DNA from: Psammoneis japonica
Lineage: Eukaryota
Length of the DNA stretch: 64,000 nt
Direction: 5' to 3'
NCBI GenBank assembly: GCA_008632985.1
Contig: QPGO01000154.1
Coordinates: forward strand, 62,001 to 126,000
The notes under the pieces are model-generated. The model worked only from the letters and a program-made list of their open reading frames with translations, ran no database searches and had not been told where the DNA came from. Numbering within the stretch: the stretch's first letter is position 1; each line of letters opens with the position of its first letter. Below are positions 1 to 13,019 of this stretch, piece after piece. The position numbers were made by a program, and so were the translations under genes.

Positions 1-476
1 GTCGATGCAAAAGATCTTGTTGCTACCGAACGCGCTTTGGCTATGGACATTTGCCTCACAAAGAAACGACTAACGCTTGATGGAACGGACATTGTGTGAA
101 TGGAATTGGTCTGTTTCCTTTTCTTTATTGCTTCGCTTCGCCATTCGTCTCTTTTCCTTTTCGTCTTAACACGCTCAACACTCAACACTCAACACTGCAA
201 CGTTGGATGGACTTCGCTGGGGTCGCTGAGATCGAACGAGTGCGCGAGCGAGCGAGCGCGCAGCGAGCGAGCGACGAGGCAGGGAGAGGGCGACAATGGC
301 CGCAACTGTTTCTCAATTATAGTATTCCAATTTATGCTCCTGCAATAACAGCACACCTACCAAGGCTTTGCTGAACATATCTCCTTCATCGAATATTGAA
401 CAGAACTGTTATCAGGCTTTAACTTTTTGTCAAGAGGATCGAGAAAAGAAACGGGATTCATTCATTCAGATCAAAG

Positions 477-3400
477 ATGCGCTTTTCTGCTGTTCTTGCC
501 TCTTGTTGGTGGCTGCCGCTGGCGTCGGCTCTCTTTGAGGAAGAAGCCGGCATGTATGACTTTGTCGTTGCAACTGCGGGACACGGAGCCACCAAATACG
601 TTCATTCGTACGATGATTATTCGATATTGACCTCGGACAGTCCCATCAAGGCCGGTGCTCCGACTTCAGATGATGCAGTCCATACATCCTGCACCGTGGC
701 GAGTCGAGATGTAGCGACGGGATCGCTCTTGTGGCGTCGTAACGTGTGTTCTACTCAGTCCGATAAAAGCCGTCATGTGACTACAGCTAAGGGTGATTAT
801 GCCTATACAATGGACCATGCTGGTGTATTGCGTGCTTGGACGATGAACAAGGGCGATCTTGCCTGGGATGCTCCTCCGGATGAGGAGGTTCAACAACCAC
901 GTCTCTGGGCGGTTGGAAGCATTGTAGCTTCAACCGCCAATCATGAAACGCTTACAGTTCGAGATGATAAATCGGGGAGCTCCTTGGCCACACTCAGTGC
1001 CACGGACGCGTTGAACGAGGCAGAGGTTTCGGGGTCTGGTCAGGCCATGTGGCTTCACGTATTGGAGAACGGTGATAAAGTACAGGCGCTAGTTGGATGG
1101 GTATCACAGGACAAAACGAACAGCCTCACCAGCTCTGGAGGATCCATGGTTCTTGTCGAGATCTTTGTCAAAGACGACGGCGCCTCATTGGGTTCCCCAG
1201 CCAACTCAAACACGCTGACGGTACAATCCTCGTATCATCTCTCGAGATACAACGTGTCGACAATGAGTTACATTGTTTGGCGATTTCAGCTGATCAATCA
1301 CAAATCTTTCAGTTTTCTCTTTCTTCCAGTTTCAGTGAAAGTGTGACCATTTCAAAGCTCAAGCCTTCTTGGACTTCCGTTGAATCAATTCATCCGACGT
1401 TGGAATCGGGAGTTGTTGGTGTTGGGGCGACCGATGCTAACGCTCAAACTTCCGTGGGCCTTTTCCAGTTTGAATCCAGTCGAGGCTGGAACCAGTTATA
1501 CCCTGTACCAGAAGATGCCAGTCTGGAAGTCTCTTCGTATTGTCCATCCATGAAGTTGGGGGTGGCTTTGCAGCGTGACCAAGGCTTATCCGTCATGGCG
1601 TGGCTTTCAGGAAAGACCGTGAACGTCGTTGGAGATTCCTCCTTGGCCATTTCTGATCCGGTCACTTCCTTCACTCTTGTTTCTTGTCAAGAGAAGAAAA
1701 TGACTGCCTTGATCAGTACGGAGCTTGGTACGACAATGCAACTGTCCTTTAAGCCAGCGGGAAGCGACGTGTCTTCTGAAATTGTCTGGATTGCCGAGGA
1801 AGGCTTGTCGCAGGTTTCATCGGCTCTATTGTTGGATGCGAGTCACTCATCATCTATTGCAGATACGCATTCAACGGATGAAGAGCACGAAGTCTTGGCT
1901 GAATTAGATCTATCCTCTCGGTTAACTGCGCAGTGGGAGTCACTCAAAGCCATTGGCGGCGTTCGCATCGGAGCGTCCAAGGAGAATGATTACGCGTTTG
2001 GGTTCTACAAGGTGGCGGTTTTATTGTCGAAAGCTTCTCATCGATTGTGGGGCATGGACACACTTGGTGACAACAGAGGAAAAGTACGTTGGACGCATGA
2101 TTTGCCACCCACGGCGTCATGGCATTCTCTCGTTCACGGTACAGCGACCAGTCGTAATGCGGTGCACGGCGCCAATGGTGGAGTTCACAGCCGAGAGGTT
2201 CTTGTACTGTCGGCTGTCGACAATACTGTTGAATGGACTTGTGTCGATGGGACAAGCGGTGCCGTTCATGCGTCGGCATCGGTGAGCACGCCGGCTGCCA
2301 TCTCTCAGGTAATTCCTCTGTATATCGTCTCTTCGCACGGTAGTTCTTCCTGCCGACAAATGGCTCTCTTACTGCACGATGATAACTCCGTCACGGTTGT
2401 CCCTGATGACGAGACTGCAAAAGAAGCAGCCCTGGCTTACTTGGGCAAGTCGTCCGTAAGTCAGAACGGCTTGTACTCACACGTCTTAAAGCATGACAAG
2501 GATGCCAGCTTGAAAGCTTTGCAGCTAGTCGCCCCCAATGACGACATTTCCAATATAGTGACGCGGTTGGTCGGACAAGCTACATTCCCTGGTGAACGTG
2601 TTGTGGGCGTTGCGTATCCGTCTCGTGATGAAGTTGTGCAATCCCCCAGCACCGTCCTCGGTGATGACTCGCTATTGCTCAAGTACCTGAACCCTCACAT
2701 GGCTGCTGTAGTCACCATGTCGGATTCTTCGGATGCAGTAGGTGGCGATGACTTCTCCACCGCATTCGTGAAAGCCAGTGATTCTACGTCCAAGCGCAAG
2801 CCACGAGGAGTAACGCCTCCTGGAGAAAGTGCGAATGCGGTTCCCGACGATGTGGAGGACGCTCCGAATCTTTTTGTGAACGTTGTGGATACCGTTTCTG
2901 GACGAGTTTTGTATCGTGCCAGCCATGCTAGTGCTGCGGAGAGCGATCACGTGCCGGTATTGATAAACGAGAACTGGATCATTTACGCTTTCTTCAACGC
3001 CAAGACACGAAGAACTGATCTGGGTGTGTTGTCCCTCTACGAAGGCATGATTGACAAGAAGGGTATCACAGCCTTTTCTGCACCTGACCAGGCTCAGTCC
3101 TTCTCCAGTATGGAATCCCGAGATTCTAAACCTGCTGTTTTAGCTAAAACGTACGGCCTTGCCAAGACAGTCACGGCACTGGGTGTAACCTCCACACGCG
3201 GTGGCATTAGTGCTAGACACTTGCTTGTTGCTACAGGGGACGACAAAATCATGGAAGTCGACCGTCGTGCTCTAGAGCCAAGACGGCCCACGGGAGAAGT
3301 GAAAGACCATGAAAAACGCGAAGGACTGCACCGGTGAGTTTGTAGGCACCAACACAACTTCTGCGTACTTTTTTTTCATCTAAAACATTCGTCCCTGCTT

Positions 3401-3715
3401 CTTTCTTTGCATCACCCCAGGTATTCACCCATGATTCCACTCGTTTCACTCTGGTCCCCCTCTTACAATCAAACGGTTCACTCCGTTCAAGATATTGTCT
3501 CAGCTCCAACAGCGTTAGAATCGCAATCTTTGGTCCTGGCGTATGGAGGTTCAGACATATTCTTTACGCGCTTGTCACCTTCAAAAGGCTTTGACGTGCT
3601 CCCAGACACTTTTAACCGCAATCTTTTGGCAGTTGTTGTGCTGGGGTTGGTTGTTCTTCTGTTCGTGGTGAAGGATATGAGCGCACGAAAGACTTTTAAG
3701 ATTGGGTGGAGTTGA
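477..3715 (+). CDS. EMC1: ER membrane protein complex subunit 1 (apparent 1-nt frameshift at C-run 1195-1198; intron 3334-3420)
   Basis: N-terminal signal peptide. C-terminal EMC1 motifs: VLGDDSLLLKYLNPH, NVVDTVSGRVL, INENWIIY, PTALESQSLVLAYG, FFTRLSPSKGFDVL, followed by a TM helix. ORFs 477 and 1097 join if one C is added at ggttccccag. The GT..AG intron gives LHR/YSPMIP in frame. Confidence 0.92.
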
Positions 3716-4109
3716 GATAAAAGGAAGAGTGAAAACGATTAGTAGTTCGCAACTGCGCGCTTTTTCAATTCAGATTTGTATTTACTAGTGACGCCAAATT
3801 GTACGGTAAAGTTGCTTCTTACTGTGCCCTTGTTCAGGCATTGCCTCGAGCTCAAGAACGTATTGGTATGGTAGCTCATCTACGGCAGAAGATCTTTGCA
3901 GCAGTTTACGACATACTCTGTCTGCAGCACCAACGCAGATGATCCCAAACCACAGAAAAGGATAGCGTTCATGATTCATTTGGTAGGATATATTCGAAGT
4001 CAAGGAGAAAGTCACAACAAGGACTAAACTGATTATAAAAACAACCTCCTACAGTCTAGAGTAGACGCACAAGTAACAAGAATCCGAACAACCACACACA
4101 TATAACATT

Positions 4110-4878
4110 CTACAATCCAAAGGTGGCTCCTGGCAACTGAGAAATCATATCGCCATTGGGTGCGACCGACTGTCCCGTAAGAATTACAGCCGCCAAATCC
4201 ACACCAGCGGCTGCCTCCAGCTTCAAGTGCGCAAGGCCCATCTTGGACGAAATCTTTGCGACCGCTTTGGCGTCTCCCCCGTCAGCTGTTTCTACAAGCG
4301 CCTTGAAACTGTTTGCAATAACTCGCTTCGCCTTGTACAGAGCCTGCCAAGTATCCTTTCCAGTCAAGACACTGTAGGTGGAGTGAATATCGACGCCGGA
4401 TCTGCTGCCGTCAATCTTTGCGAAAAGATACAAGTCCTTGTCGTCCACTTTCTCCGATTCTTGTCCGTCGTAGACTGGCTCTGTCTTGTAATACTTCTGA
4501 TGCGATTCTTTCCTTTGGTGGTCCTAACGGAGAGAAACAAAAGGAAATGCCACGTAAGTCGACCACCGCGAGACGTTTGAAAAGTAAACGAACACACATC
4601 AAGATACTCACAATACGAACTGTCGCCAAAACATTGTCGTCACCGTCTAGAATCTCACCCTTGCGACCCAAAGTACCTTCAGCTGCCGTTTTGAAGAGCA
4701 CCTTCTTCTCCGCGTTCGCGTACTGATAACCGGGCTTGGCCCCAAACGCAGTCTTGCCGTCGAGCTCAACGGCATCTGCCATCACGACAGAAGCTCCAAA
4801 TGCGTTCTTGCCGTCTTCGTGAAGTGAGACCGAGAGAACAACCGTCTCGTTGAATTCCTTAGCAGCTGCGTTTCCCAT
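4110..4878 (-). CDS. Hypothetical protein, possibly N-myristoylated (MGNAAA); intron 4524-4611
   Basis: A gtgagt..ttag intron joins ...LATVRI to DHQRKESHQKYYKTEP...VDDKDLYLF in frame, through to the stop at 4110. Confidence 0.7.
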
Positions 4879-5099
4879 GGTTCTACTCTGAGTGATACCT
4901 TTTCGAATCTAACGGTGCACAAACAACATCAACAACGATCTTTTGAGAGTGATGTTCGGGTTCGCACAGTCTCTTGCGCGACTGGATGATGTTCCCTTTT
5001 CCCGCCACCTCGTCTGCCTTCTTCCGAAGATAAATATCTAATGGTATGAAGATGCCTATAATGAGGTTATGAGTCTTTTGAAGGGTCCCTCAGTCGCGG

Positions 5100-5107
5100 T
5101 GACGTCA
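5100..5107. promoter_or_regulatory. TGACGTCA bZIP/CRE-type palindrome in a divergent promoter
   Basis: Exact palindrome between the divergent starts at 4878(-) and 5331(+). Function is inferred. Confidence 0.35.
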
Positions 5108-5330
5108 AATTTTTAAAATCAGTGCGATTTCAGGCCAGATTTAAGAAATTTCAAGTTTTGAAAAATTTCGACAATTTTCTCAGGATTTTGATTTTTGGAA
5201 GAAAGATGAAAGATCGCAACGTGCTTCTCGCCCATCAACCCATCAACCATCAACCGACCATCAACATGACACACGCAACGAAAGACGCCGCCAGGTAAGG
5301 TTACAGTATCATACAGTAGAATAATTCGTC

Positions 5331-6563
5331 ATGAGACGGTGGCCGGTTCTGTTTGTCTTTCAGTACCTGCTGATAACACCAGCTACGGCCTTTGCACCTT
5401 CTTCGCTTTTCAAGTCTTCAACAAACTTGAAGCTTCCTTCCCTTATCTTTTCAACGGGGAACGACAGCTCCGATGCAATGTCTCGCAATAGAGCTCGTAC
5501 TTGTGTCAGAATTTTTCTGACTCAACGAGCTATTCAATCATTCATGTTCTTGTGCGAGCAATGTCGGGATCCTCACACGGTCAATTGGATTCAAGACACA
5601 TATGGGTGGAGCAACCTGAACAGTTTCCATGGCACCGGGGCTTTCAACACGACTCTCTATGAAACGTGGGACTCTGTTCTGAACGACATGATGACTCGAC
5701 CCACCGAGGTTGTGATTGTGCGCGCTAGGCGTCGAGGTGGAGGCCGTGGTGGCGGGTCAAAGAACAATCCCTATTTAGAAGATCGTTTTGTGGAATTCGA
5801 GATTGAAATTGAACCCGTTTCTCTTGCATCTCGAATTATTTCAGTGAGAGAACAGTTAGCCAAAGAATGGGAGCAAGACTTTGAAACTATCCATCGCGCC
5901 AATGAAATGATTCTCTCGAGCTATTTTGAAAATGTCATGTATTCTCGTGACGAAGAAGAGGCATACGACCCTGAAGACAGCGACCCAGAACTCATCGAAT
6001 CCGACACCAGCGAGGACTCAGCCCCGCAACCTTCGCTAGACTCCCAGCAAAATCCAGTATTCGAGCGGAACGCGATGCAAATGCTTTTGGATGAACATGC
6101 CTTTGAAACCCACAAGTCTTCACCATTGAGAAAGGGTAGCTATGATTTGATGATTTTGCTTGCTACCCAGGAAAGCATCCATCGTGTCCTACGCAACTAC
6201 AAGGAATCAGAAAATGACATCCCCTTTGAATGGCTTCGTGACTTTTATACGGATCGCCTTTCAAAGTTTGATGGAAACCAGGGATATGGTAGCGCGGATG
6301 ATTTTTTGGAGCAACTGCTGCTGACCTCTCCATCAGCGAAGAAAAGCGACGGAAAAATTGCCCTTATCGATCCTCTAGGAATTGCCGAAGACATTATCCG
6401 CACTCGAGGAGAAGTGGTTCTAGAATGGAAGGATATCATGTCCCTGATCCCACAAGAACATATGCAGCTGAGAAAAAGCTTACTGGCACTTCAGATGGGA
6501 AAGACTTTTGAGGAGGAAGAAGAGAAGGAGGAGACGACTCGTGATTTGGGGAGCTTTGAATAA
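5331..6563 (+). CDS. Plastid-targeted protein with two RbcX-like helical repeats
   Basis: Signal peptide ending ATA-FAP. Two internal repeats: FLTQRAIQSF..DPHTVNWI..EPVSLASRIISVREQLAKEW and LATQESIHRV..FEWLRDF..ADDFLEQLL..DPLGIAEDIIRTRGEVVLEW. Confidence 0.75.
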   Translation: MRRWPVLFVFQYLLITPATAFAPSSLFKSSTNLKLPSLIFSTGNDSSDAMSRNRARTCVRIFLTQRAIQSFMFLCEQCRDPHTVNWIQDTYGWSNLNSFHGTGAFNTTLYETWDSVLNDMMTRPTEVVIVRARRRGGGRGGGSKNNPYLEDRFVEFEIEIEPVSLASRIISVREQLAKEWEQDFETIHRANEMILSSYFENVMYSRDEEEAYDPEDSDPELIESDTSEDSAPQPSLDSQQNPVFERNAMQMLLDEHAFETHKSSPLRKGSYDLMILLATQESIHRVLRNYKESENDIPFEWLRDFYTDRLSKFDGNQGYGSADDFLEQLLLTSPSAKKSDGKIALIDPLGIAEDIIRTRGEVVLEWKDIMSLIPQEHMQLRKSLLALQMGKTFEEEEEKEETTRDLGSFE

Positions 6564-6962
6564 GGGTCCGCTTATCTGCGTTCTGTGCCCCACTGTGGAG
6601 CTGTCGTCGAACAACGAACTTTTGAAAAAGCATGCATTTCCCTCACACATCCCCTCACCAATAATGACAGCGATCGAACCGACAAGTGTTGAGATAAAGA
6701 GTCTTATAAATCGATCGATCGTTCGGAGAGAGAGAGAGAGAAAGAAGTTGCACAGTCTGCTCAATCACTGCACGCATTTGGTTGAAAGGAATTGATTTGC
6801 TATTCTACGTGCGTTAACTTCTCTCTGATATTCCTAACGACTACCAGTACGAAGGAAGTTCATAGCTGTGATATGAACAGATGCCTGCAGCTTTACGAGT
6901 TCGGGTGCCTTCCGAGAGTTCATCCAACTAGATTGAACTTGTATGACTCAAAGTATTTATAA

Positions 6963-9628
6963 TTATGCTATAGCTTCCTGTCTCAACCTCCTAACATGAG
7001 ACCAAACTTCTTTTTCACTCACTCCGATTTCTTGTGGAGAACCGACAACGCGATCGGCTTTGCTGTCGGCTTTCCTCTTTGGCGACGCGTCACTGCCCTC
7101 TTTATCCATTCTGATCAGTAGCCTCTGCATTTCCTCTACCTGATGCCGTAAACTTAAATTTTCACGTTCCAGTGTCATCACCTTATGTTTCAATCGTTCT
7201 GCCTCTCTACCTGAACCAACAAGGCGTACCCGGTGGGAAATGCTTGAGGAGTGAAGCGTACTAGAAACTATTGACTCCACATCGTCGTATAAAGAAACAT
7301 CGACTTCAGGGTTTAGCGTTTTGCATCGTTCGTCAAGTCGTTTCACACAATCGTCAAGTGCAAGTTCGAGACGCATCATTGTTTTGATGACGCTGAAGCA
7401 GATGTCAAAGTGAGGAACATCGAACGACGACAATAGCACATAGACAACGACAACGAAACTCACTCTAGGTACGGCCATGCGGCTATCTGTCCATACTTCA
7501 GATAAATCTCCATATCCTCTACGGTGGGGTTTGCCAAAGCCTTGAGACCGATTGTCTGCAGCCTTGTGAGTTTCGGAACTATCGTGAGGTTGCCTGTGTA
7601 CTTCTGCTTAAAGAGCTTCGACATGTCTTGCCCAAAGAACTTGGGGAAGAGTCCAAGTCGACTTAGCTTGAGTACTCGATTCCGCACATCCCATTCCCAA
7701 GTCTGGAACAGACGCCAATAAAAGCTCTTCTTCGTTGGATGATGTGCCTTATTCATCAACGGAATAACGTGGAAGTTCGTTTGAGAAACAATGTAGTTGG
7801 AAACATTGAACAGCGTTGAAATTCGCTGAAAAGGAAGATCCGCTTGAACGCTTCCGTCGATCCACTCAACTCCGTCGACCTCAAACGGCTCTTGTCGACC
7901 ATTGCTATCTTTAGCCATAAGCTTTGTAGGCGACATAACCCCAGGAAGCGCACAGCTCGCAGCAACAGCGGAACTGACAGTCACATGAGGGGTAGAAATG
8001 TGGTTCAGCAACAAACGTTGCACTCCTTGCCCGCGACTTGCCGAAACGGTGATACAGACGTGTTTACCGGTTCGCGCAAATGCCTCTGCGAATGTAAAGT
8101 CACCATAGTAAAAATCGCAACACTTCTTGAAGTCTGCCGAGTCGACCAACAAACGATTCTTAAGCCAATAAGCGCCCATCTCCATATTTGTCGGGAACCA
8201 ACGAATGTTATGCTTTTTCATTTCGCCATTTAGAAGGTAATCTGTACTGACATTGCTGACACAGACATCACGCAAGAGCTCTTCGGGGGTTTTGATAGCG
8301 CACATGGCAGCCGCAATACTGCCTCCCGAAGTCCCAGATATCACTGTAATGTGCTTGTAAATCTCCGCTTCGATCAAGGCACGAATTGTTCCCAAATGAT
8401 ACATTGCTAGAGCTCCACCTCCCGAGAGCATGAGAGCTGTTCGACCAACGTTTTGCTTCATTTTTCGCACCAAAGTGAGGCGATCTGAAATCTCACTGAC
8501 TTGTTGCTGAACCCTATCCAAGTCCAAGTCTTCTGAATCCATCGTCGGTGCGCCTTCTACATGTATAGGAGGAGACACAGGACCCTTCTCGTCTGCTTCC
8601 AGCGGTGAGTCCGCAACCCAATCGAGGCATTTGTCGACTTCGTCGTAGAATTCATAAATCGAGCTCCGGGTTTCGAGGGAGAGACCATGCTGACCAGAAT
8701 CCGCAATGGCTCTTGCGTCATCAGCCAAGAAGTCATCCAAAGTCAAGTGATTTCGCTTTACCACACCGGAGAGCAAGTACTTTATGGACGTTCTGTCAAC
8801 TTCTGCGCCCTTTTCCGAAGCTTGTAGTCTAGCCTCACGGAGTCTTGCGGTCGTGGTGAGGAGCATACCCCCTGTCATACCCAGTTCTTCCTCGACCAAG
8901 GCGACACGATGCGAATCTTCGTCCTCCTCCTCACCAAGATTCTGCTTCCCGTCAAACGATTTGTTTCGGGATATCGATACCGACGCATCAGTTGGTGAAG
9001 GCAAGGTCCCTACGCTCATGCTCCGCTTGATGGGTGACTGAGAAGCCTGCGAAGCTATTGTTTCGCTGGGAACCGAATTCTGACGAGTCGGAGACAAAGT
9101 GCGTCGGTCATGTGACTTTGTATGTTTCTTCTTATCCACTGGTTTTGGCTCAATCGGGATCTTTGAGTAGTTTTCATAGTTCCCAGCTTCTCCCAGACGG
9201 CGCTTCCATTCCCTGCGCCTGCTGGTTCGTTTTGCACGTCTTGCTCCTAGAGGTGTGTAATGAAGAATCTGAACGCGAATCACAGCAAAGGTCTTGAGCA
9301 TGCTGAGCCCCATAACATCACCACTTATCATAATGAACTGATACGTGACATAAATGAGCTGAATAATGCCAAAGATGACAGATGTCAATAGCCAAAAGAG
9401 CCACGTGGACGCTGCCGTGAGAGCCATTAGAGGCGTTACAACCACCGGCCAGAACAACACCATCACAACGAGCATGGTAACTACATGCTGGGAGCCCCAG
9501 TCGGGAATCAACCATTCGCGTAACGAAGCCGTAAAATCAGACCACTTGAGAGAGTAGAGGGTACCCCACTCATAAACGGCCGCCATGGTCTCCTGCAGTG
9601 CTTCCCACAACCCGGAACCGAGAACCAT
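6963..9628 (-). CDS. Patatin-like phospholipase / triacylglycerol lipase (SDP1/TGL-like); intron 7393-7463
   Basis: LSGGGALAMYHLG oxyanion motif, GTSGG nucleophile, ASCALPG and WIDGS. N-terminal TM segments. The intron joins WPYL-D-VIKTMMRLE in frame. Confidence 0.9.
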
Positions 9629-10115
9629 GGTTTCTTTCTCACTCGAGTACGTGTAGGGGCCCTAGAATCACTATAAGCTCGAGCTTATCTCTATCTGGTC
9701 TCGCATAGAACAACTTCTTGACTAAGGCCTTCTTTGTGCTCAAATTGAGAGGGAAGTTCTCACGGCACACACACACCTGTGACACCAAAACACTTCCGAA
9801 CCAAGCAATGGCGCGTTGTCAAAGAAAGGAAGGAGTGAGAGAGGTGTCGTGTCACATCCGCATGGCGGGAAACCGCGCTCGTGCGCCTTCAAAAACACGC
9901 AAGCCGGCGTAGTTCAACAAAAGAAGTCGAACTATTCGATTCATGATGTCATCCTGTCTGCTTGTTGGTTTGTCTTTCAACTTGGTTGTCTGCCTGTCAT
10001 ACGTACCGGTACGAGCTTTCCGCGCCAAATAATCCAACAATGACAAAACAACACACAACACACTTCAACACGACGCGACACATTGCGGTGTACTGCATGT
10101 CAATTTCCGCGAACA

Positions 10116-10709
10116 ATGGTAAGTCTCGTCGATAAGATGCGATTTGTAATAATGCGTTATGTATGCGATATTTCATTTTTGTGTAGGGTCAAAAGTTACC
10201 CATAACGACGTTCTTCTCATTTCTCCGCCTGATGTCAACAGGCGACTTCCGGTGAAACGTCTCTTGTGCGACCGGGTCTGACTCAAGCAGAGCTGGAGGA
10301 ACTTAAAGACGCGTTTAATCTCTTTGATACCGAAGGGAAGGGTACAATCGATTCTAGCGACTTACGCAACGTCATTGAAAGCTTGGGGCTAAAGGACAAA
10401 CCAAACGTGGTACATCTCTCGAAGCTTTTGGAGGAAGAAAACTCGGATATTGATTTCGACAGATTCGTCACGCTTTTCACCATGGGTATGGCTGATGAGA
10501 ACGATTTACGTCGAGTGTTTGATTTGTTTGATGAGAACGGCACGGGATACATAACTATCGACGATCTCAAAAAGGTTGCAGCAGATCTGGGAGAAAGCAT
10601 GACAGACGAAGAACTTCAAGAGATGATTGATCGAGCGGGTATGCAGGAAAAGGGAAAAGTAAATCCAGACGAATTCTATGCAATCATGACCAAGAAGCTC
10701 TTTGCGTAA
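10116..10709 (+). CDS. Centrin/caltractin-like EF-hand protein; ATG-only first exon, intron 10119-10241
   Basis: EF-hands DTEGKGTID and DENGTGYIT, LKKVAADLGESMTDEELQEMIDRA, C-terminal IMTKKLFA. atg|gtaag..cag|gcg is in frame. Confidence 0.9.
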
Positions 10710-10965
10710 TTTATTTGTTCCTTGAGTCGGTCGGTGCAAATACGGTCCCGGGCTATTTTCTTTACATTAGTACCAAGAGAAGTAAATTGGATCATATTAT
10801 TTGGTCTAGAATGCGGTCTATTTTTTTCTTTTAAAGGAATGACTGAGCCGTGATGTAATATGTCACTTAAATAATATGTAATAATGAAAAAGTAGTGAGG
10901 AACAATGCCTCCAGATGAAAAGCAGGCAACAGAACTGTAGAGGTTCGCTCTGTGTATCACGAGAA

Positions 10966-11874
10966 CTACGTTTCTCGCAATATTTTGCGCATTGCGTACT
11001 GAGCAACAAGGATAAAGAGAGCAATGTCACTTTCTTGAATACGATGAGGCAAATGGATTTCCAATAATGTGACCAAGGAAGGAATGATGGCCAGTGCGTA
11101 AAATGTGATTTCTGGACCGAGGCGGAGGCCCATTACTGCAATGGCCGACGCCAGAGCAACACTCACACTTCCCTGTTTAGTCCGTACGAACGTCTTAGTT
11201 TGGTCCCAAGAAAAGATCGACTGAACTTTGTACTCATGTCTCCCAAATAGAAATCCAGCTATCAAATGCTTAAGCCCACTGTTGTAGTTCTTCGTGCTTG
11301 TGCCGCCGCTAGTACGCAGTCCACCTTCGTTGGGTGTCTCGCACGAAAACTGGTATTCTCTGAGGAACTGGATGTAACTTTCTTCTGTTTCTTGGCATTG
11401 ATGTGGTTCATAACGCACCTTGACTTCAGATACGGGGGGCATACTTTCCGTGGCAGAGATACTTGATGCTGGAGACGATAACCCCAGTTGTGGGAGATCT
11501 GACTTGGCCGGTAGTTGAATACCTTTTCCAACTCCATCTTCTGATAGAGAAGAGCTCTCCAGATCTTTCTGAAGAGATCTTGTGATCTCATCTCGATGAA
11601 AGGTTTCAGAATTATCGTAAATGAAACCGGCATCAGTACATAACAGATGGGTACCATCAAGTTCTCTGCGAAGAGCTTCTTCGCTGTCAGCAAGGTGACG
11701 CAGCTCAGAGTCAATACTGCCGTTTTCATTGATTAGATTTTCCGCGCTCATATCTACGTTGAAAAGGAATGAATCCATCATAGCGGCAGCAGCGTTTACA
11801 ATTGAAACTACCGCATCAATCGAATCATTGCCGCGAAGATCGTTGTAGTCACAGATTGGAACGTTCTGTTTCAT
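10966..11874 (-). CDS. Hypothetical protein with C-terminal hydrophobic helices
   Basis: 302-aa ATG ORF with an acidic/Ser-rich N-terminus and a hydrophobic C-terminus. No family recognised. Confidence 0.55.
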   Translation of the reverse strand: MKQNVPICDYNDLRGNDSIDAVVSIVNAAAAMMDSFLFNVDMSAENLINENGSIDSELRHLADSEEALRRELDGTHLLCTDAGFIYDNSETFHRDEITRSLQKDLESSSLSEDGVGKGIQLPAKSDLPQLGLSSPASSISATESMPPVSEVKVRYEPHQCQETEESYIQFLREYQFSCETPNEGGLRTSGGTSTKNYNSGLKHLIAGFLFGRHEYKVQSIFSWDQTKTFVRTKQGSVSVALASAIAVMGLRLGPEITFYALAIIPSLVTLLEIHLPHRIQESDIALFILVAQYAMRKILRET

Positions 11875-13019
11875 TGTTTCTTTTGTAAAACAGAGAAACG
11901 CTTGACTGTCTTGTGCTGTATCCCAGCGGTACTAAGCGTACTGGCGGCGTTGTGAGGGATGCGGATCGCATGACACAACCTTGATGGCACGAGGGCAGGT
12001 GAAAGTAAGAATCTGCATCCAACGAGTGAGTGTGTGCGTTGAGTTGGCGAATCATCATCATCGAATATGGTTGAAAAAATCGGCGATCGTTGGTGGCGTA
12101 TTTGTCCCGAATCCGCCAACCATACTCCACCATTTCCTCCATCAACGAAGAATTACATCATTTCTTTTATTACGTAAATAGTAACCTATGGTATAATCTG
12201 AAACAAGACTTGATGACGTGTCGAAGCTTCACCACGCACAAGCACACTTGCAAGCACAACTAACTCCCACCTCAGCTCTCGCATCGCCAGGCAGCTCGTG
12301 CCGTAGTCCGTAGTCCTTACGCATCCATAACTAGAATACAAGACAACCGAACGCCAACTCTACGTTGAGGACCATTTGACATTTCGCTGTTGCATTTCTG
12401 GTTGGCATGTTAGTACGAAGGGTCGATCTTCGAAGCAGAATGTGCATCCTCGTCAGAGCCAGTGGAAAATTCACAATAATTAGTTCGGATCAATTGGTTG
12501 AGGAGTCGGGCGTAAGCATCCCACGTGTGTGTGGGCTCAAGATGCATCCTCAAGTAGCGAACCGTAAAAACAATATTGTTGGTCTTGCCACCAGTCAACT
12601 GACAAGGCCTAGAGGGCAAGTTCAAAAGTGGCCGACGACAGGAATGAAGGACAATACGTCTATGCCACCAGTCTCTTTCCACAAACTACAAAACAAGACT
12701 GGTGCTTGTCCATTGCTTCATTTTTAAAACACCAGGTGTTGATTGATAGTGCCGGTACCGTTCCTCATTGCACTACGCGAGTTTCCAGCGGTATTGGCAT
12801 ACACTAAGAAAGAATATCAGGACTCCTGCCTTCGTTCTGTCATGAGCAAGCGCGGAATATCCTTCTACTAGATGCTATGCTGTTGATGGTATGCTAGAGT
12901 CTGCTAGCGAAGCGAAACCTCAGGCTTCTCGTGCTTGAGACTAACTTGATAATCAATCGTGCTATTTTCCCACTTACCGGTAGGCACCAATCTTTGACAA
13001 CCCCCTTTTCTGTCATGAT

